Assembly (NCBI GenBank): GCA_964199315.1
Contig: OZ116708.1
Span: forward strand, 21,390,001 to 21,454,000
DNA: 64,000 nt
Source: Orbicella franksi
Taxonomy: Eukaryota
Direction of reading: 5' to 3'
The position numbers and the translations under genes are program-made. Positions 12,815-24,699 of this stretch are shown here, piece after piece (position 1 is the first letter of the stretch; the number at the start of each line of letters is the position of its first letter). A model generated the notes under the pieces. The model made no database searches, had not been told where the DNA came from, and was given only the letters and a program-made list of their open reading frames with translations.

Positions 12815-14000
12815 CAACCATGTATTAGTCTGAGAGGTTTATTTGTGAGTGCACAAATGTTTAGTACAGTAATTTATTTCTTTAGTACAGTTATTTCCAT
12901 ATCTCAGTTGTTTTAACCTATTTAAAACTGATGTAACTCAATCAATTAATTAAGCCAATGAATATTTTTTATAACGCCCGACTAATAAGGCCCCATGCGC
13001 ACTTCGCCACGGAAGTTTGAAAACGAAGTTTCACTCTGAAAATGTATCAAATGTTTTTCCGTCCACACCATGTCTGTGAAATTTGAAAAAGAAACAATCC
13101 CGGTCATTTTGGACTTGAGCAAAACTCGGGCAAAGAAATCAGATCATTATCGTGCTGTCGTCGTTTCCAAAAGTTCTGTTTTGAGAGGTTTATTTGTTAG
13201 TGCACAAATGTTTTTCACGAATAGTTTCCCATATCTCAATTAATTTAACTCGTTTGAAACTAGCGTAACTCAATCAATTAGGCCAATGAATTTTGTTTAT
13301 CGTGCCCAACTAATAACGCCCCGTCAACACTACCCCAGAGAAGTTTGAAAACGGCGTTTTCACTCTGAAAACGCATCAAATGTTTTTCGTCCACACTACG
13401 CCAGAGATATTTGAAATAGGCAACAATCATTGATCATTTTTAGGAATCTTGGGCAGCGAAATCACATAGTTATCGTGTGGTCATCGGTTCGAAAAGCTAC
13501 GTTTTGAGAGTTCTATTTGTAAGTGTGTGTTTTTCACCAATATTTTCCCAGATCTCAATTGTCTTAACCTGTGTGGGACTAATGTAAGTCAATCAATTAA
13601 GCCAATGAATAATAATACCACGTCTACACAACGCCAGAGAGACTTGAAAACGGCGTTTTCACTCTGAACACACATCAAATGTTTTTCCGTCCACACTACG
13701 GCAGACAAATTTGAAAAAGCAACAATCACTGGTCATTTTGGATTCGTGTTTGAGGAAAAGCCGTGCAGGGAAAGTACATGATTATCGTGCAGTCACCCTT
13801 TCGAAAAGCTCTGTTTCGAGAGGTTTATTTTTAAGCGTACAAATGTTTTTCATTGATTTTTTCCCCATATTTCAATTGTTTTAACCTATTTGTAACTAAA
13901 GTAACTCAATCAATTAAGCCAATGAATTGTGTTTATCATGCCTGACTAATTACGCCACGTTCACAGTACGCCAGAAAAATTTGAAAACGGCGTTTTACTC
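12815..14000. repeat. ~325 bp tandem repeat array (about 4 units)
   Basis: Marker near 12950, 13275, 13595 and 13915. Confidence 0.8.
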
Positions 14001-14559
14001 TGAAATTAGTAATCACATACAATTCCTATAAAATACCCTATTTCTGTTAAAATCTGTCAGAGCTAATCTAATATATTTAGAAGAATGACAAATTACAGAA
14101 TATTGGAAAAACCGTCTAAACAACCTTTACTTTGTACCAATTCAAAACGTCAGGCAATATCATTTCCATGATGTGCCAAAGTATGGAAAAATTTCAGCGA
14201 AGGAAAGTATAAATATTAAGGAGTTTAGGCCAAAATGAGGAATATACCTGCCTGTTATTAGTGATACATCTCTACAGGGAAAACTGTAAGAACGGTTTTT
14301 GTTCTAAACTACTCAGTTTACATATACCACAATACTATACAAAAAGCAAATTATAGTGAAAAACTAGAAAATATAAACCATTAAGGAACTCTGACAATAA
14401 AAATGTATTCTTTAAATTGGGTCAATATATTTATTTAGATCTCGTTACTTTAACATAAGTAATAATAAACTAATCGTCTCTTTTAAGAATCGAAACGCTT
14501 CGTCCAAGTTACGCCGATTTACAAGGCACCGGTTTTCAAGTTCTCTTGCAATGCTCAGT

Positions 14560-15513
14560 TCAGTTCATAGCGTGTTCCTTAGGTTTACATGGAGTTCGAA
14601 ACACAAATTTTCTCATTTCTTTTTGGCGCAAACAATATATCAATGGATTCAGAAGCGAGTTTAATACGGCGCAAGTACGAGCCAACGGCACCGATACAAC
14701 AAGCACGGCGTTTAAGTTTAAATGTTTCTTCACTCCTACTGCTACTGAAAAGATAGTTAAAGCCATTGGAAGGAAACTTAGCAATACAGCGCTCACTACA
14801 AACGCAGTGGTCTTGAGCGCTTTGTTCTCGTTAACAAACCTTTCCACTTCTTCTTGGGGCAGCTGTTGGGTTTTGATCTTGCTTTCGTGGCGACGTGATT
14901 CACGGTACAAAACAGCATAGGTTGTGGTGATGAAAAAGATACAGAAGGTCATTGCTAAAGAAACTATTAAATGAAACGTAATTTTTATAATGACGTTACT
15001 GGAAACATATTTAATGCTTTGAGACATAAAAGAAAACGCCCAAAAACTGATCACTGCCACCTTAATTTTCCGTTTGGTGACAATGTATGGGTAGCTCATG
15101 GTAAATTTAATTGCTATTAGTCTCTCGCAAGTGATCAAAATCAGATGTAGCGACGAACAGACAGTCAAGGTACGCAAAAAGAACCTGTGACAATCTTCAG
15201 CTACGCTACTTTTGATACCACTATAGTTAAGCACATAAAAAGTTTTCCACACGATAAACGATGGCTGTACTACTAGACCAGTTAGTGCGTCAGTTGCCGC
15301 TAAGCAGGCGAGCAAGATGTTAGTGTTGCTTTGGAGTCTTCGTCTTCTTTTCACGGCCATTACCACCAACACGTTGAGTACAACCGTAAAAGGACAAGTA
15401 ATGCCGTTAATGATAATAGTAATGATACTAACTTCTTGTGCGACATTTGATTTGTCGCCTTGTGCGGTCATCTCAGTAATATTTGTAAAATTTGATCCAG
15501 AAAGTTTGGCCAT
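14560..15513 (-). CDS. Class A orphan GPCR, array copy 5, 317 aa
   Basis: Intact ORF MAKLSGSNFTNIT..., ITCERL, NSLLNPLIY; most divergent member of the array. Confidence 0.92.
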   Translation of the reverse strand: MAKLSGSNFTNITEMTAQGDKSNVAQEVSIITIIINGITCPFTVVLNVLVVMAVKRRRRLQSNTNILLACLAATDALTGLVVQPSFIVWKTFYVLNYSGIKSSVAEDCHRFFLRTLTVCSSLHLILITCERLIAIKFTMSYPYIVTKRKIKVAVISFWAFSFMSQSIKYVSSNVIIKITFHLIVSLAMTFCIFFITTTYAVLYRESRRHESKIKTQQLPQEEVERFVNENKALKTTAFVVSAVLLSFLPMALTIFSVAVGVKKHLNLNAVLVVSVPLARTCAVLNSLLNPLIYCLRQKEMRKFVFRTPCKPKEHAMN

Positions 15514-15889
15514 CTTTAGAAAGCGGGGCGAAGGTAAACTGACTTCTCAGATCGCTCGAGCATTTTTATTTGTTGTTGTCTGGATTGATTCACCGCCACG
15601 TAAAGTGTAACATGTGTTTTTCTCTCACCTTTCCCATGCATTAGCCAACCCCATCAATGGGCCTTTCATTCTCCGCCGATTACTCAATTATCATTACCAG
15701 CAATTAAAGATCATTTTCCGTTGTCTTATAATTTGAGTTCCAGTCCATGCCAGTTCACTGATAAATGCCTGAGGCGGCTGAAGCACTTTAGATGGGAAAA
15801 TGTTTTAGTAGTTACAACTATTTTTCAACTTAAAAACTGAGAAAGATGGTCTTTCATCGACAAAACCAAGAACCGAAATTAAATGACAT

Positions 15890-18295
15890 CTTAACCATGT
15901 GTTAGTCTAAGAAGTTTATTTATGAGTGTACAAATGTTTAGCACAGTTATTTCCCCATATCTCAATTGTTTTAAGCTGTTTGAAACTAATTTAACTCAAA
16001 CAATTAAGCCAATTAATAGTGTTTATCACCGCTCCCGACTAGTAACGCCCCGTCTACAATACGCCAGAGAAATTTGAAAACGGGGTTTCACTCTGAAAAC
16101 GCATGAAGTGTTTCTCCGTCCACGCTACGCCAGAAAAACTTGAAAAAGCAATAATCGCGGTCATTTTGGACTTGAGGAAAACTCGAGCAGGAAAGGCGAA
16201 TGATTATCGTGCTGTCATCGTTTCGGAAAAGCTCTGTTTTGAGAGTTTTTTAATGAAAGTGTAAAAGTGTTTATTACAGCTATTTTCCATATCTCAATTG
16301 TTTTACCCTGTTTGAAGCTAATGTAACTCAATCAATTAGGCCAATGAATAGTGTTTATCATGCCCGACTTAGAACGCCCCGTCCACATTACGCCAGAGAA
16401 ATTTGAAAACAGCGCTTTCACTCTGAAAACACATCAAATGTTTTCGGTCCACACTACACTGGAGAAATTTGAAAAAGCAACAATCCTCGGCCATTTTGCA
16501 CTTCTGTTTGAGGAATCATGATTATCGTGCTGTCATCCTTTCGTAAAGCTCTGTTTTGAGAGATTTATTTCAAGTGTACAAATGTTTATTCACCGATATT
16601 TTCCCATATCTCAATTGTTTTACCCTGTTTGAAACTAATGTAACTCAGTCAATTAGACCAATGAATAGTGTTCATCATGATCGACTAATAAGACCTGGTT
16701 CAAACTACGCCAGAGAAGTCTGAAAAACGCGTTTTCACTCTGAAAACGCATCAAATGTTTTTCGTCCACAATACACTGGAAAATTTTGAAAAAAAGCAAC
16801 AATCACTGGTCACTTTGGATTTGTGGTTGAGGAAATCTTGGGCAGTGAAATCGTATGGTTATCGTGTCATTGTCATTGTTTCAAAAGCGCTGTTTTGAGA
16901 GGTTTCTTTGCAGTGTACAAATGTTTCATTGATATTTTTCCGTCTCTCAATTGTTCCAACCTGAACTAATGTAACTCAATCAATTAGGCCAATGAATTAC
17001 GTTTATCATGCCCGACTAATAATGCCCCGTTCACACTACGCCAGAGAAGTTTCAAAACAGCGTTTTCACTCTGAAAAACGTATCAAATGTTTTCCGTCCA
17101 CCGGAGAAAGTTTTTAAAAACAACAATTCCCGGTCATTTCGGACTTCTGTTTGAGGAAAACTTGCGTTGGGAAATCAAATGGTTATCGTGTCCTCATTTC
17201 GAAAAGCTCTGTTTTCAAAAGTTTATTTGTACGTGTAGAAATGTTTATTTCAGTTATTTTCCCATATCTCAATTGTTTTTACCTGTTTGAAACTAATGCA
17301 ACTCAATCAATTTGGCCAATGGATAGTCGTTATCAAGCCGGCTAATAAGACCACGTTCACACTTCGCCAGCCAGAGAAGTTTGAAAACGGCGTTTTCACT
17401 CTGAAATAGCATCGAATGTTTTTCAGTTCACACTACGCCAGAAAAATTTGAAAAAAGCAAAATCATTTTGGACTTCTGTTGGAGGAAAACTCGCACAGCG
17501 AATTCAAATGTTTATCGTGCTGTCATCGTTTCGAAAAGTTCTGTTTTGAGAGGTTTATTTAATTTCTTAGTGTACAAATGTTTTTTCCCATATCTGAATT
17601 GTTTTGACCTGTTTGAAACTAATGTAACTCAGTCAATTAGGCCAATGAATAGTGTTTATCATGGCCGACTAATTAATAACGTCCTGTCCACACTATGCCA
17701 GAGAAATTAATTGAAAACAGCGTTTTTACTCTGAAAACGCATCAAATGTTTTCCCTTCACACTACGCCAGAGAAAGTTTTTCAAAACAACAACCCCCACG
17801 GTCATTTTGGACTTCTGTTTGAGGAAAACTCGTACCGTGCTGTTGCCGTTACGAAAAGCTCTGTTTTCAAAAGTTTATTTGTAATTTTCCCATATCTCAA
17901 TTGTTTTGACCTGTTTGAAACTAATGTAACTCAGTCAATTAGGCCAATCAACAGTGTTTATCATGCCCGACTAATAACGTCACGTTCTCACTACGCCAGA
18001 GAAGTCTGATAAAGGCGTTTTCGCTCTGATCGAAAACGTATCAAATGTTCTTCCGTTCACTACGCCGGAGAAATTTCAAAAAGCAACAATCCTTAGCCAT
18101 TCTGTTTGAGGAAAACACAGGCAGACGGGAAAATCACACTATTATCGTGCAGTCTTCGTTTCCAAAAGCTCTGTGTTGAGAGGTTTATTTCGTGTACAAA
18201 TGTTTTTCACTAAAATTTTCCCATATCCCTCAGTTGTTTTAACCTGTTTAAAACTATTGTAGTCACTCAATTAAGCCAGTGAATAGTGTATATTA
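15890..18295. repeat. ~325 bp tandem repeat array (about 8 diverged units)
   Basis: Marker near 16010, 16341, 16659, 16992, 17316, 17642, 17943 and 18276. Confidence 0.88.
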
Positions 18296-18927
18296 CGCTG
18301 CAGTAATGTGTTCTGCTTTCCCTTGCCACTTCAAAAAGTAATTTTAAATCCGTGTTAATACGTTATTACTTCTCATTACTTCTACATTTTCTACTTTAAT
18401 TTACATATGAATTAATCGTAATTCGGATAACTTATGCACCCACAGTATAAATAAGCATGCGATGCCTTAAAACTAGTACTCATATGCAATCGGGAAAACA
18501 GCATACAACAGGTCTGATTGGCGCAGAACACACATCGGTGGATGAATTTCCTTAGTTTATTTCTTAGTTTACTTTCTGAGCCGGGAGTAAAGTAGGTGGC
18601 CAAGTAGACAAACAACAAATTTTGACACTCGGTTTGTCAAACACTGTGTGATTGTAAAATTTGGCTCTTGCTCGTTGCCAGTTGCTGATCCAGTCGTCTG
18701 CCGTTGTCTCTCACGTTCGCAGCTCGATTCTAACACAAAGTGATACTCGCTGACTAAAACTCGAAGGAAATTTCTCTTGGCTTTTCCACAGTTATAGTGC
18801 GGAGATAACCTTAAACAAACTCATTATCAGTAAGAGTGAAGAAGCGTTACTGAAGAGAAGAGCATCTCATCAGGTTCTGGAAGCAAGGGAATCCTGGATA
18901 CAACCTTGAATGAGCCAGTGAACAAGA

Positions 18928-19890
18928 ATGGCGAACTTCCCCGTCAACGAAAACACCACAATCGAACTGAACGAAGCAAGCAAACCGTCAATCCCAACAG
19001 GAATAGCAGTATTTCTTTCAACCTTGAACATTTTGCTGTCCATCACTGCATCATTGGGCAATGCTTTGATCCTTGTTGCTCTTCATAAAGAGACTTCCCT
19101 TCATCCTCCAACGAAACTTCTGTTCCGGTGTCTGGCAATCACTGATCTTTCTGTTGGACTTATCATACACCCAATTACCGTCTTTTTTCATTCGTCTTCG
19201 GTAACAACATTAATAAACTGGAAAATCTTTTACTACATAGAAATGCTGCATAAGTTTTTAAGCTTTGTTTTGTGTCAAGTATCGATCTTAACGTCCGGCG
19301 CAATAAGCGTGGACAGACTCATAGCGCTGTTATCTGGACTAAGGTACAGACATGTTGTAACATTACCTCGAGTTCGTGCAGTTATCTCTTGCTTTTGGTT
19401 AATTGGTATATCGGTTGGATCAATATACCTTTGGAATGTTAGTGTAGCCTTTACTATAGCCACTGTCGATACACTATTTTCTCTCACAACCTCTGGCTTC
19501 TCCTATGGAAAGATTTTTCGCCAGCTTCGACATCAACTTCAAGTACACGCAGTCCCACAAGAACAAACTAACGGAGGACGAGCTCCTCTGAATATAGCAC
19601 GATACAAGAAGTCAGTTTCCAGCGCAATATGGGTGCAGCTGGCACTAGTTACGTGCTATACTCCGTTTTTCGTTGTAGTTATGTTCATGATATATGGTGG
19701 AATGTCTGGAGGCGAATTTCAAATTGCTTTCGAAATGACGGCAACTTTGTCCTACTTTAATTCGTCTCTTAACCCGATCCTTTACTGCTGGAAGATCAGA
19801 AGTGTACGAAAAGCAGCCAAGGACACGATCAAACAACTCAACTGCTCTAAATCAGCCCCAGTAAATGGTCCGCCGGATTGTATTCGGTGA
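18928..19890 (+). CDS. Intronless class A orphan GPCR (melanocortin/adenosine-receptor-like cnidarian type), 320 aa
   Basis: GNALIL (TM1), LAITDLSVG (TM2), ISVDRL (DRY equivalent), NSSLNPILY (NPxxY), N-terminal NTT sequon; distinct subfamily from the minus-strand array. Confidence 0.92.
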   Translation: MANFPVNENTTIELNEASKPSIPTGIAVFLSTLNILLSITASLGNALILVALHKETSLHPPTKLLFRCLAITDLSVGLIIHPITVFFHSSSVTTLINWKIFYYIEMLHKFLSFVLCQVSILTSGAISVDRLIALLSGLRYRHVVTLPRVRAVISCFWLIGISVGSIYLWNVSVAFTIATVDTLFSLTTSGFSYGKIFRQLRHQLQVHAVPQEQTNGGRAPLNIARYKKSVSSAIWVQLALVTCYTPFFVVVMFMIYGGMSGGEFQIAFEMTATLSYFNSSLNPILYCWKIRSVRKAAKDTIKQLNCSKSAPVNGPPDCIR

Positions 19891-20299
19891 AGAACGGATA
19901 TACTGAAGATTTGAATGTCAGGAACTGTGAGGAATACAGAAAGAATCTTGCCTTTCAGTGTGTTTTTGACAGTCATGTATGCAATGCCTAAAGCTCCCTT
20001 AAGGAGTGAGGAACAGTTTTTCCAGTTATGTAGCATTGGCAGAATCGCTGGAGTCTTTCACAGAAGTTAATCTTTACGATTTATTAGTTATGTTTGCGAT
20101 TTATTAGATCTATTAGTTTATTAGCTAACACAGTCCTGTATATTCAGCATTGAATTTGGACTTACACGATAAATAATATGATAATAAGCTCTTGATTATA
20201 AGCAATTTGTTCGAAACCTTTTGGATAATTCAGTACCTTACCCAAATGTTCTAAAAAGTGAGAAATTGCTTCAGTTGTTGAATCCTCTTTTGATTTTCT

Positions 20300-21002
20300 G
20301 TAACAAGTAGAATGAACTGCAAGTTATGCACTACATCCATAAGCTATGTAGCGCTTCAAGCTTTGTTTTGTGTCAAGTATCGGGCTCCACTCTCAGACCA
20401 ATAAGCGTGGATAGACCTATCTCGCTGTTATCTGGACTGAGGTACAGACAAGTGGTAACATTGCCACGGTTTCTTGCAGTTATCGTTTTCCCTTATTTGA
20501 TTGGTATAGAGTTGGATTGATATATGCCTTTAGAATTTTAGTATAGCGGTTAAAGTAGCCTTTATTCTAACAATGTTTTCTGTAGCAACCTCTGTCTTCT
20601 CCTACTCGACGATTCATGTTAATCTTCGACAACATAAACTTAAGGTGTCCCCATTAACACAAGGACAACCGAACGGAAGGCAAGCCCCTCTGAATATCGC
20701 TCGATACAAGAAGTCAGTCTTCAGCGCAATATGGGTGCAGGTGACATAACTTATTTGTTATATTCCGTTTTCCGTTGTGGTAATGCTCCCAGAATACGGC
20801 CAAACACCCGGAAGCCAAATTGAAGTTGCTCTCTACGTTAAAGTAACTTTGTTCTATGTTAATTCTTCTCTAAACCCGATTCTTTACTGTTGGAAGATCA
20901 GAAGCAGTGTACAACAAGCAGCCAAGGACACTATCAAACAATTGAACTGCTGTAAATCAGCCTGGATCTTGGGGTGTAGTGAAGAAGATTCGGTGAAGAA
21001 CG
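20300..21002 (+). pseudogene. 5'-truncated, decayed duplicate of the 18928-19890 GPCR (TM3 to 3' UTR)
   Basis: FVLCQVS...ISVDR..LLSGLRYR.VVTLPR and NSSLNPILYCWKIRS..QAAKDTIKQLNC.KSA match the neighbour; stops and frameshifts lie between; 3' UTR motif ttcggtgaagaacgga shared. Confidence 0.85.
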
Positions 21003-21219
21003 GAACTGGTTATAAGCAGTCTATTTTGTTAAATAGAGTATAAAGCACAGATATGGCATGTTGCATGTTAACCTTTTTGCTTAAACGTACCTATAGTACA
21101 AACCTTAGCTAAACGTATTCATGAACTTATTTTAATCTGTTGAATTGGTATCGATAAGACTCATCTTCGTCACCACAGTCCTCTTTTTTGCCATTCATCC
21201 AAGACTAAACGTAGCTATA

Positions 21220-21730
21220 AATCTAGAGCTAGAGGTCTTAGCTACACTAAGCTAAGAGAATTAGTTATTGAGGCCTTTAGAGGCATGCATTGTGCCAGAT
21301 ACATCGCGTATCGGAACGCACAGTGTTAGGTGTGGCGAGGGCTAAGGCAGCCGCTATTGTCGGTGTTCCGGTTCGTCTTTTTTTGCGTCACGGCCGCTGG
21401 TCTAGAGTTTCCGCCAAAGATGGCCATGTTAGAGATTCTCTTTCTTCAAGTTTGTCTGTTTCTAAGGCGTCAGACATTTAGTTTTTTCGTTTAATAGTAG
21501 GTGTTTTTGTTCTAGCTGGTCTTGCCCGGGAGACCGTCTGATTTGGGGTACAGCTGGCCTGGGGTTTTCCTCCTAAGAGCAAGTGGACGTACGGAGAGGT
21601 TTTTCACCCAGCTGTTGTTCCACTACCCAATTCAGTTAGCTTTTGCTAGTTTTGATGCGTGTACCGTTAGTTCGCATTTGTGGATTTTGCTGGCAGGAGT
21701 ATTTTTCCTTTTCATAGTGCAATAAACGAA
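21220..21730 (+). mobile_element. Remnant of tyrosine-recombinase element (DIRS/Ngaro-like): YR C-terminus plus 3' terminal sequence
   Basis: Joining frames gives LSYTKLRELVIEAFRG/IVPDTSRIGTHSVRCG/AKAAAIVGVPVRLFLRHGRWSRVSAKDGHVRDS, with the HxxR, HGRW and DGY-like (Y to H) motifs of YR domains. Confidence 0.75.
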
Positions 21731-24699
21731 CGTAAAAAGCAAATGACCGTTAGAAATCGTTGAAAACTATTTATATCGTTATTTTTAGAGGTCTGGAAGC
21801 TAAACTGGGAAAAATGATCTGCAGCAGTAATCTAACCTGTTTAGACATCCATGTCCAACATGAGAAGTAACCGTAAAGCAACGGCTTCTCGCTATTGACG
21901 TTGACATTTGGAGAAGGCTTTAATCTTGAAATATGAACCGAGTCTCCTTAATTCTATAATTAATGAAAGTCAGTTTTGCCAGACGCTTAAGTGTCAAAAT
22001 GACGGCCATTTTATGTTGTGACCCTTGGTTCTCACATGATCAACAATGGCTGATGGACCTGGTGAATGATCGCTTTTAGCGAGGGCCTTAAAATTTTTTG
22101 CTTTTTTGTCATGGAGTCTTAATTCGTTTTGTTTTGCCAACGTAAAATTCATTACATTCCCAGCAACTGGCTTTGTAGGTCTTAATAGATTACTTTGGAT
22201 CTCTGAGAGCGGGTCAGACGATCTTTGCTGACGATCTTTGTGACAGCCTCTGCTCACCGAGCAAGCACGAACGCATGCTCTGTATGTCTCTACTTGATCC
22301 GGGTTACATGGCGATCGAAGAAGTGACTTGCCCTCCGAGGTCCCCGGGGCAAGGTCGCTCTATCACCCTAACTCCTACCCTAACTAAATGTTTCCTTTTC
22401 ATAAACGGTTAACTGCCATTGAGAAAGAATTGCATGAAAAACGATAACTTCGCTCACCCTAGAGTGCGAAAAATTTTCTCCATCGAAACATTTTCATGCC
22501 TTGAGCCTGCACGTCAACTCACAGTCACGCGTGCACGTCACGTTATTAACATCGCTCGCATAATTGTACGTAATCTTTCTTGGGTCCCTCACGCAACTAT
22601 TTCCGCCATCCTAACACAGGATGTTTTGTCAGGGCGTCTCATTTTTACCGTAATTTCAGCTAAATTAATCGTGCAGTTGCGACAAAAAAACAACGTACTT
22701 TACGTATTGCATGAATTTTATTACCCGTTTTTCCCGATGTCACGCAATATCAAACATTTTTTCGTATTTTTCAAATAAACCAAAAAATAACCTCCATGGT
22801 TCAATTTATCATGACGAATTTATAAAATTCTACGAGGTTTCATTAGAATCCGTTGGAAACTCATAAAAATATAAGGGAGCCCAATCTCTTACAAAGAAAC
22901 GGCCGCCATTATGGCAAACGTTGCCCACTGGAGAACATTTCTTTGTCGCCTGAAAATTTGCGAGTTACGGGTACCATATTTTTATGGTTTTGCAACGGAT
23001 GCTAATGAAACTTCACATATTAACTAAATTCGGCATGATAAATCGAGCAGTGAGGTTTATTTTTTGTTTAAATGAAAAAAAAAAAATCGGAAAAGCGTGA
23101 CTTCAGTAAAACGATATTTAGCAGCACTTATATCAAGCGATTTTGAGTAAAGTCTGGGACACAAGTCACGGATTTGCGCAATTTCACGAGCTGAAACTGG
23201 CGCGAACATATTTGCTCAAGATTTACTCTAACAATAGAACCTTTGTTTGATGAAATTCCCAAGAATGATGATCTCTGGAGTCTCTAAAAGATCATTGAAG
23301 ATGTCAATCATTTACACTCCATCAAGATAAACTTGTGTCCAAAATGTGTAGATAAGAAAGACGACAAGGTTCAGCAAAACTCAAATTTGTTCTTGCACTT
23401 GGCACCCTGAGCAAACTAAACCTCACTAAATCACAACCAAAACCACGCTTCCTTTTTGAAAGGACCCTTTTAGAAGACTTTTGAGGCCGAGATAAACCTA
23501 ACTTTAGAATCGTGCTAAGGAACACACCAAAGTTGAGAGTTTATTTTGGTAACTTTTTCTTGACGGGACACTAAAAATATTGCTGGTAAAATGTTTCAAG
23601 GTGAGTCTTTGCAGTCCAATAATTACATGCTTTCCGCCGGAGATATTTGCACATGACGATGAACTTTATTGCTGGGAATGTATGATTCATTGTTTAAAAA
23701 GTTGAACATCTTTGGTCACGTACAAATTGATTCTTTGAAGATAGCATATCAGAATACCTTGAAAAAGTTTATATTTATTTCAGACTCAAAAAGTGAGAGA
23801 TCCTGTGCAGGGCCAGTGCTTAACTTGCAAGCTCTCACCCGCGCAAGGCAAACTCGTGAGAGGTCGTGCGAGAGGCCATACATTCGTTTTGACGCATGTT
23901 AGGACAGAGTGTTAAAAAAAAAAAAATTGTAAATGGATGCCTTTTTAACATCATTTAATATATAATCCTTTCTCTTTTTATGAAGCCATTTCTTTGTTTC
24001 TTAGGATTTATCGCATTGCATGTATTTTTTTTCAACGCTCTTTTGATTGTAGCTTCAAAAGGGTGTTTTGAATTGTATTTTTTTTGTAATACAAAGAACA
24101 ATACGACAACAAGAATAATTATAATAATAATATAAACTAAGAACAATCGGCCCCAGTTCTTAAATTATACTTTCGTTTCCGAATAAACAAAAAGAGTGGA
24201 TATGGACCATCAATCTAAGAATAGGTTTAAACGAAGCAAATGAAACTGCAACTAAGTGTTTTCATCTCAGCTTGCATGTTAAACAACACTGATCAAGCCC
24301 ATTTCTCCTAACCCTTGCTGACGTATTTCCTTCATTCGAGGCAGGCCGTATACTAAAATAAACAGGCAATGTTAATTGTTTTGAGTACCTACACCTCCTC
24401 ACGTTAATTTCGCGACGGCAAAATTTAGCCAATCTCAACTTTGGTCCAATGTTATTTAGCAATTTTGGAAAAATCGTCCAATTTGCTACATGAACTTGTC
24501 GCCAAATTTTATGCAAAACGTTGTTAAATGATTCAAATTGATGTACGTGACCAAACTTGTGCATAATTGACAAGTCAGTACTCCAAACGTCAAAATATAA
24601 TTTAATACGCACGTGCGCTTCAAACAGATTACATTAAAACACGGACGGTCGCAGGAAAGTTGGTTAGTTCTCGAGCGAGGGGTACGGTAATAAAACGCG

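Noticed and set aside
322-18009. Many 60-130 aa ORFs with recurring FPYLNCFNLFETNVTQSI peptides
   Set aside because: Translations of the non-coding ~325-bp tandem unit; frames and stops vary between units
430-18295. Possible CRISPR array or hammerhead-ribozyme retrozyme in the regular repeats
   Set aside because: Units are long and diverged with no unique spacers and no cas genes, and the context is eukaryotic; I found no CTGATGA...GAAA hammerhead core on either strand by eye (an Infernal search would be decisive)
22380-23920. Possible DNA transposon(s) between the YR relic and NUDT copy A
   Set aside because: The sequence looks repeat-like but I could not identify matching TIRs, a TSD or coding remnants
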